Positions 9,613-21,154 of a DNA stretch of 59,095 bases are shown here, in pieces. The notes below the pieces were generated by a model. It saw nothing but the letters and a program-made list of their open reading frames with translations. It was not told the DNA's origin and did not search any database. The stretch comes from a virus (lineage: Duplodnaviria; Heunggongvirae; Uroviricota; Caudoviricetes), in the IMG/VR virus record IMGVR_UViG_3300029305_005988, positions 1 through 59,095 of that record, one strand, 5' to 3'. How positions within the stretch are numbered: position 1 is the first letter of the stretch; each line of letters opens with the position of its first letter. Position numbers and translations under genes: made by a program.

Positions 9613-10329
9613 TTATTTAATTTTTGTTGCGAGAGTGCTAATCTTTTGTTGTAATAATTGTTTTTCTTCAGGAGAAGCATCCTGAATCATTTCGGTTAAG
9701 TCTTGAGAAAGCTCGGTCATGTAAGTTTCAAGCTCTTTCATTTGATGAGTTTTATCCTTCATTCCTTTACCTTCCATATACATCTTGCGGCGTTCACCGC
9801 TTCTTCCTTCTCTAGGATCGCGCATCATTCCTTCCATGTAATTGCGATTTCCACCGCGTTCATACATTGCATACATAGAACCATCATTATACATAGGACG
9901 CCATGGTTCTTCCATCGGCATCATACCTTCATGATATCCGCGCATATTGCCGCTATTAGAGTTAGATCCATTGTTACCACCATTAGAAGAGCCACTGCCG
10001 CTATTTCCGCCAGAATTTTGCGCGTACATAGAGCCAGAGTTATATCTCTCTCTATAACGAGGATCATACATTTCAATAGGGTAAGGCATATGATACATTG
10101 GAGTAGTGCGAGGATAATACATCATTCCGTGCTTGCCTTTTTCTTCTTTTCCTTCGCCCTCTTCTTCCATTGCTTCTGTAATTGTGCAATAGTAAATGGC
10201 TTCTGAAAGATCTTTAATCATATCCACTGCGGCGCCCAATTCTTGCGCATCAACCTTTTCCATGTTACCATAGATCTGGCCTTGAACGCAACCCACAAGC
10301 GCCTCTTTCATCTACTTTAATTTTTCCAT
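9613..10329 (-). CDS. Met/Gly/Asn-rich low-complexity protein (1 TAG; start extended to 10329)
   Basis: ATG GAA AAA TTA AAG TAG ATG AAA is in frame with the track ORF. Confidence 0.75.
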
Positions 10330-10330
10330 A

Positions 10331-10750
10331 TTATGCCACCCTTTCGATAATTAAATTTGCATTTTGAATATCAATAGCTTGAGCACTTGTGTTTCTTACA
10401 CTGACTGTTACACAACAATTTGCAGGAACATCAATGTACACTGCGCTAGCCACATTAGCAAACTCTTCAACTGCTGCAGGAGTTTGAATCATTGTTGTAG
10501 ATGCAATAGCTTCTCCATTGATCGCAAGCGCAAGTGAGATTGCCTCAACAGTTCCATCAGCGGGAATAGCAATATTCCCGCTGAAGAAAGCCTTAAATCT
10601 TGCGCGACATTGGCTAGTGATTCCACGAAGAGTCACTTGACCACTGCCATCACGATGGAGTATGCTACAGCTACCACATACGGGAGTATCAGTAAATAAA
10701 ACATTCTGATTTACCTCTACTGTTTGTAGAGCATTAGCTGTTAATTCCAT
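10331..10750 (-). CDS. Small beta-rich protein (jelly-roll/BclA-C-like by pattern)
   Basis: GGAGG RBS; alternating beta-strand pattern throughout 139 aa. Confidence 0.75.
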   Translation of the reverse strand: MELTANALQTVEVNQNVLFTDTPVCGSCSILHRDGSGQVTLRGITSQCRARFKAFFSGNIAIPADGTVEAISLALAINGEAIASTTMIQTPAAVEEFANVASAVYIDVPANCCVTVSVRNTSAQAIDIQNANLIIERVA

Positions 10751-10776
10751 TCTTATCTAAGCCTCCATTTAATTAA

Positions 10777-11640
10777 TTAGAAGCTAGAGCAGCTTCCGCA
10801 ACCGTAGTTTCTAGTTACTTGATAGTCGTAGCAGCAGTTAGGGTTGGGAACCACATATGCTGGAACGGGACAAGGAGTAGAAAGTCTACGAATAAGCTCT
10901 GCAGTCTGCGCATCTTGGTTTGCAGTAATAAACGCATTTTGAGCAGCCTGAGAAGCGGCGAACTTAAGAGACTGATTCTCTGCAGTAAGAGAAGCGATCT
11001 TGTCTTGAGTCATAAAGTCAATGATTCTGTCGCCAAGTTTGTCAATAGCTTGAAGCGTATTGCAGTTATAGGTTTGAGCGGCAAAACGATCTTCCATAGA
11101 AGATTTCTCAAGGTCGCAGCAACAAGCGGCGAGCTGGCTTGAGAGTACGTTGGTATTCATCACACCTTGAGTTTTCACGTCAGCGATTGCGGCGCGAGTA
11201 TCGCAGCAACAATTAGCTAACTGATTACCAAGAGCAGTGAAACCAGCCTGATTTTGGTAACCAAGAGTACAGATAGCGTTGTCTACTCCATGGAAACCAC
11301 TTGTAATTGCATTGCTTAATGCATAGGTACTGTCGGCCAAACCATAGGTCTGGTTATCGAGTTTAGAAACGAGAGTTTGCTGATCAATGGCTGCACGAAC
11401 ATCATCTTTAGTTGCACATGGAGCTGAGCCGCAGAAATAAGGGTTGATCATGTATCCGTTTCCATCATTAGATCCACCGTTTCCACCCCAGCCATTTCTT
11501 CCCCATCCAGTGAAGAGGAATAAAAGGATGATCCACCATCCGTTTTCGCCGAAGCCATCACCGAAACCACCATTTCCTCTATTGCTACCTGTTACAGCAG
11601 CGATGTCGGATAAAGAGTATCCAGTTGTTGAATTGAACAT
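10777..11640 (-). CDS. Gly-rich protein with a hydrophobic segment (WWIILLFLF), CCC motifs and a coiled coil
   Basis: AAGGAGG RBS, 287 aa. Confidence 0.85.
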   Translation of the reverse strand: MFNSTTGYSLSDIAAVTGSNRGNGGFGDGFGENGWWIILLFLFTGWGRNGWGGNGGSNDGNGYMINPYFCGSAPCATKDDVRAAIDQQTLVSKLDNQTYGLADSTYALSNAITSGFHGVDNAICTLGYQNQAGFTALGNQLANCCCDTRAAIADVKTQGVMNTNVLSSQLAACCCDLEKSSMEDRFAAQTYNCNTLQAIDKLGDRIIDFMTQDKIASLTAENQSLKFAASQAAQNAFITANQDAQTAELIRRLSTPCPVPAYVVPNPNCCYDYQVTRNYGCGSCSSF

Positions 11641-11676
11641 AATTAATGTCCTCCTTTAATAAAATATATTTAGAAA

Positions 11677-11925
11677 TCAGAGTCCAAAATACTGCTTTTT
11701 GAATCTACTGAATTCCTTATCAAAATCAATACCCTATTCCTTAGCAAGATTACGCGCAAATCTTTCAATATCTGCAGTACGATTATCTTTTGCCATTGTC
11801 AATAGGTTTCCCATAATTGGGTTCTAGGACGCTTCTCCTTCGAGAATGTCAATCATAAGTTGCTCAGGGTTTTTACCTTGACGCATTTGCATAATTAAAT
11901 ATGCGGGGTCTACATTGTAAGACAT
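11677..11925 (-). CDS. Hypothetical protein, 82 aa (2 TAG; missing from the ORF track)
   Basis: AAGGAGG RBS; MSYNVDPAYLIMQMRQGKNPEQ..; ends in TGA. Confidence 0.8.
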
Positions 11926-11936
11926 GTTATACCTCC

Positions 11937-12407
11937 TTATAGATTAAAATTTTGTGTTGGTTTGGGCGCCGGTGCAGCTTCTTTCGGTTTTGCCTAGACT
12001 AAGGATGCTTTAAAGTTAGTTAAAATTTCGTCAAGCTCGTCTTTGGTAACATAAACCGGGGCTGGCGCCTCTTTCGCAGGCGCAGTTAACTCAAACACAT
12101 TAAAGGTTGCAGTTCCATCCATATTGATCTATTTGGTGTAAATTTTCTTATTTCCTAGATCAGGGAAAACATAAAGTGAACCATCTAAATCAATCTGACT
12201 AGCTCTTGCTTCGTCGATCGAAACTACTGGACGACCTTTAATAAAATTTTGTTGCGCTGGCAATAGAGAAGGCATTGGATATGGGGCGCCGGTCATTGCC
12301 GTTTGAGTAGGGGTCTGGTCTAAAGATCCTTGAGCGGCCGCCGCGCCTCTCTAAAATTGTTGTGGCACATAATAATATGCAGGTGCCTGAGATAGATTAT
12401 TATACAT
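11937..12407 (-). CDS. Gln/Pro/Ala-rich protein, 156 aa (3 TAG; missing from the ORF track)
   Basis: AAGGAG RBS; ..IKGRPVVSIDEARASQIDLDGSLYVFPDLGNKKIYTK*INMDG.. Confidence 0.8.
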
Positions 12408-12587
12408 ACTTTTGAACTCCTTTCACTCTTGTTCAAATTTATATTAAAATTTAACTAATGCTTTTATTTAATTTTGATATAAATTTTAAAATTTAGCAGG
12501 TGAATAAAAAAATCCTCATCAATGTGATGAGGAAATCATTTTAACCCTATTCAATTAAAATTCAATTAAACTAATTCTTTCAATAAA

Positions 12588-12612
12588 AAAGGAACTCAAA
12601 TTGAGTTCCTTT
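12588..12612 (-). terminator. Intrinsic terminator after the structural operon (second hairpin at 12515-12533)
   Basis: AAAGGAACTCA-N3-TGAGTTCCTTT with a U tract. Confidence 0.75.
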
Positions 12613-12621
12613 ATTTTTATA

Positions 12622-15291
12622 TTAAATTCGCTCTACTGCCTTTTGCGCCTAAATATTCATCATGCCATCCAAACCAAGTGGAATGGTAATGCTCTTAATA
12701 ATATAGTCACCATGAATATCAGCCTCATCATTTTCAACTTCGATGCGCTAGTTTACATCAAGATGATAAACAGGCATTGTCTATATATTAATATTATTAT
12801 TATAACTTAAATGTTCATGGATACTTATGCGCAAAGCGTCATATGCAGGATTTTGAGCTAATGATGTAGTAACAGATTTTTCAAAAAAGTCTGCACCCAA
12901 TAGCTATTCGTTAGCATTTACTGTATTAGCTACTTCAAAATTTGAATAGTCTACTGGGGTTTTTTTTGTTAAAGGAGCTACTTCTTGATAATATAGATAT
13001 TGCGGATAATTATCTACAAAAATACAATCAATATCTTTATCCTAGATTGTTTTTGTACGCTATCCAATATCTTCTATTGAAAAGTTTTTTATATCAATCT
13101 CAGGTGGAAGATTAGGACTATTAACATCAATAGCATCTATAAAGTAGGTTATAAAAGGTTTTGTTACGAACTCCCATTTTTTTCCTGTTATATTTGCAAT
13201 TCTAAAGGAAGAAGGTAAAAAATTCAAAAGTTCATACTCAAGAGGTTTTAAAGTTTGCTTATTCTACTGTTTTAATTTAGCTTCTAAAAAAGAATTAATG
13301 CGCCAGTCAGAAAAAGTATATTTCTAACAAGGAACTGCATTTTGTCTAAGCCAGTTGTAAAAGTCACTATCCTGTTCCACTGTTCCTACAAAAGTCAATA
13401 TTCTTCCTGAGTTTAAACTCCATGAGCCATTTTCATAAATAGTTTCAGTAGAATTATCTTCGGACTAAAAAGACAATTTACTTTCTTCATTATTAACCTA
13501 TAATGTTAATCCCGTTTTTCCAATAGCTGATATATTATTTTTAGAGGAAAAAGAAGTATCTTTAAAAGATATTTGATCATTTAATAGCCATGTTCCAAAT
13601 ATCACATTGTTGGTAGAGCCACTCCCTGTTGTTCCCTCTTGTAAGTCTGGGTCGTTAGATACAAGTGCAATCTCTTCTAACTATCCTCTAAGACTATAAT
13701 AATTATCTTTATAAAATACGCCCCACTCTTTTTTGCCCTAGTCTAAATCCTTCATAAGTCTTAAATGATAATATATTGAAGACTACTAATCATTAGTCTC
13801 TCCCCAAACAGCATAGTCATTTTTAATATTGGTATACTAAGGATCATTAGAATATGAAGTTATCAATTCACTATTTTTAAATGAGTATACAGCTTTGTTT
13901 TTTCTCGTTTTTAGAAAATACTTATCTACTAAAGCTGTTTCCCAATTATCTGAAGTATTTCCTTCGTTTAAGTAGTTTTTGATTTCTTGAAAATGAAATA
14001 CTCCATCCACATCAAAGAAATATTCATAGTTACCTAGAGAATTTTTAATTTTCTCTAAAACAGACTAGATTGATTCTCCTACCTATGAAGTTAATTCGCT
14101 ACCTGTTGGATATGTAAAATCAGTAGTCGTATATCCTACAACAGCTCCGGGCCAAAAAACAGTATCGTAACTCTATCTTATCTCATTATCAGTTGATAAA
14201 AACCCAACTTGTATATTTCCTTCAATATTTTCAGAGTTTTTAGTATTTAAATACAATGAAGGTAACCCAGTAATAGGTTCGTCAACAAGCCCTCTAAACC
14301 ATACTTTATTTACAAAACGCCTCTCTGGTTGCCAGCCTTTGTCTATTAGAAAAGTATAACATTGTTTTATTATTCCATCATTAAAAGTAACAGGTTTATA
14401 TTCATAGTTAGAAGCTTTAAAGTTCTCCCACTATTCAGTTCCGCTATTAAAAAAAATTACCCATATATCAGTAGGAAGTTTTGTTTTTAGATAATTTTCT
14501 AAACCATAAGGCAAGTCTGTTCTATCTGAGTCTATTACAATTTCTGTCGAACCTTCTATAATATCTACATTAGGGGGCTCTCCACTTTTATCAACATTAA
14601 TTATTCCATATTCATCATTATGTCCAAATCCTTTTACCTCTATAGTTGGATTCCAAGTCAAAATCTATTCAGTAGTATCTGGAATATCTTCAATAACTAC
14701 CTGCCATTCTGGTAACTCACCCATGATACAAACTAGAGACTTTATTAAGTCTTTATATTTTACTGGACCATCTTCTAATGGAGAATGAGTCATTTCAATA
14801 GAAAAAGTGCCTCCTTCTTCTCCATTCAAAAGAGCCATTTTATCATTTAGTTTCAAGCTTATTGTGATACCTTGATTATTATAAGAAACCGAGGCATTTG
14901 AAATGACAAAAGTACCCAAGGGTATCCAGAAAATATCAAAGTCAGGATACTGACCTCCAGTGTTTTTTATACCAATTTCAACCTAAACTCGTTTATTCAT
15001 TGAGATAAGCGTTTTTATATTTGTGACCTCATTCATAATATCAAGATCATCAGTATCAGCTCTAGTACTTTTATCATAGTCGGTAACAAGAGTAATAGAA
15101 CCTGTGCGCCTTACGGCGGAGGCACTATTTATTGTAATAGAACCTCCAGTGGCGCGCCCTTCGATTGCCTTAAGGGGCAAATCTTGTCGATTTAAAATAA
15201 TTAATCTAGTCCACTAAGTTCGGTGCTAAAGTTTAGAGATATAATCTAGCATAACTGGATTAGACAAATATTCATATCTACTATGTGCCAT
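12622..15291 (-). CDS. Large tail/baseplate structural protein, 889 aa (many TAG)
   Basis: Track fragments at 15180, 14919 and 14661 share one frame; ..AVRRTGSITL..GNYEYFFDVDGVFHFQEIKNYLN..GDYIIKSITIPL..AVERI-TAA; length divisible by 3. Confidence 0.8.
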
Positions 15292-15306
15292 TATTTCACC
15301 CCCCTA

Positions 15307-17760
15307 TTAATTAAGATCAAAGGTATATGGCTAATAATATAAATTAATAGCCGTTCCATGACACTCAGAAGTTGTTGTTTTTATATTTACTGTTCTAGTA
15401 CGAGGCATTTTTCTCAAACTAAAACGATATCGTTCAATAGACTCTCCCTCTAATTTATAAGATTCTGGTTTTACCCTCTATCCAGCTTCTGTATAATAAG
15501 TTAAATCTGGGTTAATTTCAGAAGTCCAGTGCTCATTATTAGTTAAGCTAGCCGCAGGATTAATTGCATATTGCAACTCACTCTATACGGTAACAAGAGA
15601 AAAGTCATCTCCGTAACTTTCATCTAAATCAACTAAATCATCATTACTAATAGTAACAGCTTCTCCATTAAACGCTGAAGCTTTCACAAAAAGGCGTGTT
15701 AAAACATAAGTCAAATCTTCTTTTAGATTTGAAAAGAACTTTCTGTAATTGGCGTCATTAGCTTCTTGAACTTCAGTTGCAGTTGCAGTAAAAGAATAAA
15801 TATTTCTATCAAGCTCTTTTTTAGAGGTTAATGATATATTGCTCAATCGAATAAAAGAATTTCCTTCTTGGAATGACTTAAATAGCAAAAGCTGATCTTT
15901 ATATAAAAATTCTAAAACCTGTTCTCTAAACAGTTTTTCTCTTACTCTTTCTTGCTCATAACGACTTAACTACGAAAACATTTTATAAGAAATTGCATAA
16001 TTAGAAGCTGTATTTTTATTATAAAATAAATAAGGTTCTTTTAACCAGTTTTCTTCATTGATTCGTTCTTCTGAACTGCTTAAAGAAAGTTCATTAAGGT
16101 CTCCATGATAAGAAATTAATCCACCAATAGTAAAGGTTTTATACAACTGTGCGCCATTTCTTCTAACAAAAGGATATGCGCCACCTAAAGTTGGAGTAAT
16201 GATATCCTAATAGTTTCTCTTATATTGAGTTAAGGCAGGATCAAAACGAATCTTCAGCGTCATATCTTGAGAAGTTAAAAACATATCTTCTATTAAGATG
16301 ATATGATCTTTATCATCAGTGCAATAGAAGTCTGATATTGTTGGCTCCCACTCTTCTATAGTAATAGTACCTCTTTTATTTTTGTCTACCGCAAAATAAG
16401 AAACTGTTTGATATAAAGGATTTCCATTTTCATCAGTTCCATTAAGTTTGTCTGCCGTATAAGAGAAACAAATACGATACTTATAGGGGATTCCACTTTC
16501 AGCGCTCTAATCCAAATATACAAAATATTGTCCAGTAATCATACCAGTTTCTTCATAAATGGTTTCATAAGATAGCGCCATTCCATCTGCGCCATCCTTA
16601 TCAATTGCTCGTTCTATTCTAAATATACCTACTGGAGAAACATACTCAGAAACTTTAGTTGCCTTACAACTTAAGAAAATTCCCCCATGAGAAGGAAAGC
16701 TTTCTGCTTTAAACTCGGTTAGCCAAAGGTTTTTATCTGGCTAAATAAAAGAATCTTCTCCCAATAGAACTTCAACAGTCGAAGTCTTTAAGGTATAGTT
16801 AAAACTACCTAGATATCCTTTTCGAGTCTAGTATATTCCAACTATTTCAAAATTGCCGCCGCCCTTTTTTAGCTTCTCCATGTATATAGTTTCTAAATCT
16901 TTTTTAAACTCATATACAAAAGCCCTACCAGTTGCATCGTAAAAATAATCTAAGTATTCTCTAGATGCAGTTGAATCTATTTTCTAGGAACTTCCTGTTT
17001 TAGAAACATCTAAAAGCTATACCTAATACCACAGAAGAGTATCATTTTCTCCTATTGGATCGCTAAAATCATAAAATTCTGTGTCACCGTAAGCAATGTC
17101 TGTTGGTAAATCTTTAAACTCAAGCATTCCTTTAATACGGTAAGCATCATATAAATATAAAAAAGGATTATTGTTCACTAAAAGCTTATTGTCAAACTTT
17201 ACATTAGGCGCCTGAGAAAACTCTTCTTTGGTTAGTCCTCCAAACATAGGAAAGCTAATTTCAGGAATGGCATATTTAACAGCCACAGCACTCCACTCAG
17301 AGTGATAATTAGAATATTCCGACTTTAATACAAAATCAGTTGTAGAAATATTACTAATAACTTTATCAATGTCTACTTTTGAATAATCTGTACCTGGAAC
17401 TACGCTTTCAGAAACCGCTGCTATATAAATATTAAATCCTTTATTAATTTTTAAGTCATCCTTATTAAAATAGGTTATATCAAGCTCTCCAGAATAATAT
17501 TCTTGATTAGCTAAATTTTTTAATAATAAAGTAGGTTCTCGTACTATGTTAATAGGCAAACAAATAACCGTATCTCTTAAAACGGCTTTTCCATCATATT
17601 CAACTTTTACAAGAACACAGTTATAAGAATAATCTGCTTTGTTTGTCTAAAAATAAAGTTTTATAGGCATATATGTTTTACCATCTTGCGCCTTCTTTAA
17701 CTCGAAGGCGCCAATGGTATTATCAATAATTGGCGGATATAGTCTCGTATCTTCAGCCAT
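15307..17760 (-). CDS. Large tail/baseplate structural protein, 817 aa (many TAG)
   Basis: AAGGAG RBS; LYPPII..; ..TLGGAYPFVRRNG..FTIGGLIS; fragments at 17559 and 15888 are in frame. Confidence 0.8.
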
Positions 17761-17790
17761 ATTTATCAACTCCTTTTATCTCTTAATTTA

Positions 17791-18297
17791 TCACTATTCT
17801 GGATGAACTGGAACCACGGTAATTAAAGGTAATCCTCTAATATCATCCATAAGGCGGCGCGCCCAGCTATTGCCGCCCTCTTCTTCGTATATTCCGAAGC
17901 GCTATTCCAATAGGTCTAAACTTTGACTATCTATTGCGCCAAGCGCCATCCATTTCTCATGCTGATCTTTAATCCAAGCTTTGATGTTAAGCTAATCAGA
18001 CTCAATTAAAAGAGCAATATGTTTTTGTTGTTCTTCGTTTACAAGAGCAAGAGCTTCAATAGCTGACTCAAGTCTTTGTAAACGAGTTTCTTCTTCTTGC
18101 TCAGCCTCAAGTTCCTTATCTTTTTGGCGCTGAATTTCTACACCTTTTTCAATATTTTCTTTCTTAAAGACTTCTCTCTGCGCCCAAGTTTTCTTACTCC
18201 ATACAATTAATTTGTAAATACCAACTATTACAAGAATAGCAATAGTTAAAATTGTTACAATATCATATGTAGCTAGCAATTGTAAAAATTCTGACAT
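17791..18297 (-). CDS. Holin-like membrane protein, 168 aa (3 TAG; ends TAG-TGA)
   Basis: N-terminal TM helix, coiled coil, C-terminal YEEEGGNSW..LP. Confidence 0.6.
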
Positions 18298-18346
18298 GTA
18301 GTTTTATTTTCCTCCTTTCCAGAATTATTAATCTCTATACAAAATA

Positions 18347-18385
18347 ATATAAAAAATCATTAAATCAAAATCAACTAAAATGACC
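18347..18385 (-). promoter_or_regulatory. Putative phage promoter GGTCA-N29-TATATT upstream of the holin-like gene
   Basis: TGACC at 18381-18385 on the + strand; 29-nt spacer. Confidence 0.65.
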
Positions 18386-18397
18386 TAAAAAAATTAA

Positions 18398-18417
18398 GCG
18401 CGGAATTTAATCCGCGC
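18398..18417 (-). terminator. Intrinsic terminator
   Basis: GCGCGGA-N6-TCCGCGC with a U tract on the - strand. Confidence 0.7.
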
Positions 18418-18427
18418 CTAATGTTAC

Positions 18428-18826
18428 TTATAATATATATTTATAAATAGAAGACCCCTCAAATTCATCTACTCCCCAAATGTCAATATAACTTGGAGTT
18501 AATTCATAGTCATTTCCACCCAAATTATTAATTGTTGCAAATCCAGTTTTATTAGTTGGACTTTTAACAAAAACTAACATTCCTGCATTATTGTACCATT
18601 GTGGATCAGGAGAAAATTCAAAACCGCCGCCTGAATCCGCATTCTAAACAACATATCCTACAGAATCTACTGATCCTACTCCATTATTTCCTCCATTTTC
18701 TCCTGAGATGTTTTTAATAGAATCAATCATTTCATTTAAGGACAAAGTAGCGCTACTTCCTGTTTTTTCTCGAACGGCATCTCCAAGAGCTGTTAAAGTG
18801 CTTTCATCAATAAGATATTTTGTCAT
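18428..18826 (-). CDS. Fibre-associated small protein, 132 aa (1 TAG)
   Basis: MTKYLIDESTLTALGDAVREKTG; TAATG coupling to the upstream fibre gene. Confidence 0.75.
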
Positions 18827-20832
18827 TAGAAACTACCTCCTTCTGCTGATGGAATGAAAGTGCTAATATTCTCCACGGTCAGAACGGGTGAACCATTTAA
18901 ATAAGCTTCGTTTGAAGTTGTTACAATAAAGGCGTTCTAAGGAGTGTTGCTACTTCCGTTGCCAATAATAAATAAAGCATCATTATTAACTTCATTATAT
19001 TTTCCAAATACTGCTTGCGCATCTACAGTAGACTGTACTGAAATACCATGTGCGAAAGAAGCATTTTTTTGAGCTAAAGAAGGCTATGCTAATTTAATAG
19101 TAGCACCAACAATATCTATGTTTTCGAATTGAGGATTCATTGTTATTTCTGTGTAAACATTATCTTCGCTACGAACAATGCTCTCAATTTTTGCCACTAA
19201 TAATCGAGAATCATTTACAAGACTAATTATTACTAAATCTCCAGCTACCCATGCTACTGTTTCAGAAATAACAAAATGGCCTAAGCCCGTTCCCTTAATG
19301 GTATAACCAGGACCAATACCGGTTCCTAAACCTCCTGCGACTGAATTTTCTCCTTCTGCCACTGTTAATGCGCCACTTGCAATAGAATGTCTCCCAAAAG
19401 CAGCAGTTGCATATCCGATAGCTATTGATTCCGTTCCAGATGCCAAAGTTTCATTACCAATTGCCATCGCATGGTCTGCTGTAGCTTGAACATCTGCGCC
19501 AAAGGCGTAAGAATTTTTACCAGTTGCTTTAGAGCGAATACCATGTGTAAATGAGTAGTTACCACTAGCTTCTGAGTTTGCGCCACCAGCATGAGCGTAT
19601 TTTCCACTTGCAATAGTTTGATTTCCTTCTGCATGAGAATTATCTCCACTTGCAGTTGTTGCACCACCCTCAGCATGTGCATTTAAACCGCTCGCTATAG
19701 TTTTAAAACCTTCTGCATGTGTATTATCATTTGTTGCTTGAGTTTGAGATCCTTCTGCATGAGCAAAGGTACCTGAAGCTTTGTTGTAAGTGGTATGGTT
19801 AAACACCTCTCCACCAGCTTCCCCATAGGGCTTACCAACACTAGTGTAACCAATATCATTTGTAAATGCACTAATCTTTGTAGGAACTTTTGGAATATCA
19901 CTAAGTGTTGCAATCTATTCTCCATGAAGAACAGCCTTTTCGTTATCAACAACAAAGGCGTTTTTCTATGCATACTGCGTTCCATTGCCCACAATAAACA
20001 ACGCATCTGCGTCATTTTCATTATACTGTCCAAAGACAGCTTGATTATCTGCTGTTGCAGAAAGTCCGGTTCCATGAACAAAAGCTGCAATACCCGCCTC
20101 TGTTTGCCCATATATTGCTTTGCTTATTTGCCAATTAGAATAAGTGTAATCCTACGCTTCTTCTATAGCAAAAATATAACTACCATTTACCTAAAGAAAA
20201 TTATTCCAAATATCTGTTATTTCTCCACTACCTTCACCAGTTTGTCCCCCATATGTCCAATTATATCGAATTTTATCTCCAATTTTAATATTTATTCCTT
20301 GTAATGCACATTGGGTACTAAAATAAAAATATTCATCGTTTGGAAAAGTTATAGATATACTACCATCTTCCTATTCTGTTTCATTAAAAATTTGAATATC
20401 TTCGGTATCAACCCAGTCTTCATAATCAACAACTGCAATTTTTTTCCCGCTAACTTTTGAATCGTATCCTCCAGCATGTGAATAAGCTCTTAAAGCTTTT
20501 GTCTAAGAACCCTCTGCATGTGAAAATTTACCAGTGGCTTCATTATTTTTAATGTCATTAAATACTTCACCTTCTGAATACGATTTTCCAACTCCCTAAA
20601 AGGGCAAGTCCTTTAAGATCGTCTTTCCATCACCAATTTTAAATCGAGGGTAAGTATAAGGCTTCGTTCTACCTGTCCCAGTCAAATCTAAAACCTATTC
20701 ATCTTTATCTATCTCAATATCATAAACAATGATTTCTCCTGCTTTTGGAATAAAGTTAGAAACTGTCAACCATTTAGCTTCAATATCATGTTTATTAATA
20801 ATACGAACACTACTATTATTTACTGTCGCCAT
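18826..20832 (-). CDS. Tail fibre / receptor-binding protein 3, 668 aa: Mtd-N-like start, YadA-head-like HAEG repeats (several TAG)
   Basis: RIINKHDIEAKW..FIPKAGEIIVYD..RFKIGDG..; (S/A)HAEG repeats; ALFIVGNG modules. Confidence 0.8.
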
Positions 20833-20911
20833 ATTCTTAATCTCCTTTCAAAGAATTTTCTATTCATCATCTTTCCAGACAAATAGCGGCTTTTATAATT
20901 TCATTTTAAGC

Positions 20912-20945
20912 CTCTTATAGCCTACTTTTTAGTAGGCTATAAGAG
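20912..20945. terminator. Long hairpin terminator
   Basis: CTCTTATAGCCTACT-N4-AGTAGGCTATAAGAG. Confidence 0.75.
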
Positions 20946-20959
20946 ATTTTTATTTTTAA

Positions 20960-21154
20960 TTAAACTAACTCTTCGTTTTCTGTTTCAACTTCAGGATATT
21001 GAGCATTGATCTTTTCGTCGATCTCCTTCAGATCGTCTTCCGTCAAGACACCCTTCTCATGCCATCCCGCAGCATTAAGAATAACTTGATAATCAGACAT
21101 CTTTCCAACTGCATCCAAAAGTCCCCTTTTTATAAACTGCTACATGCTAAACAT
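20960..21154 (-). CDS. Small fibre-associated protein, 64 aa (TAG at codon 5; missing from the ORF track)
   Basis: MFSM*QFIKRGLLDAVGKMSDYQVILNAAGW..; TAATG coupling. Confidence 0.75.
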
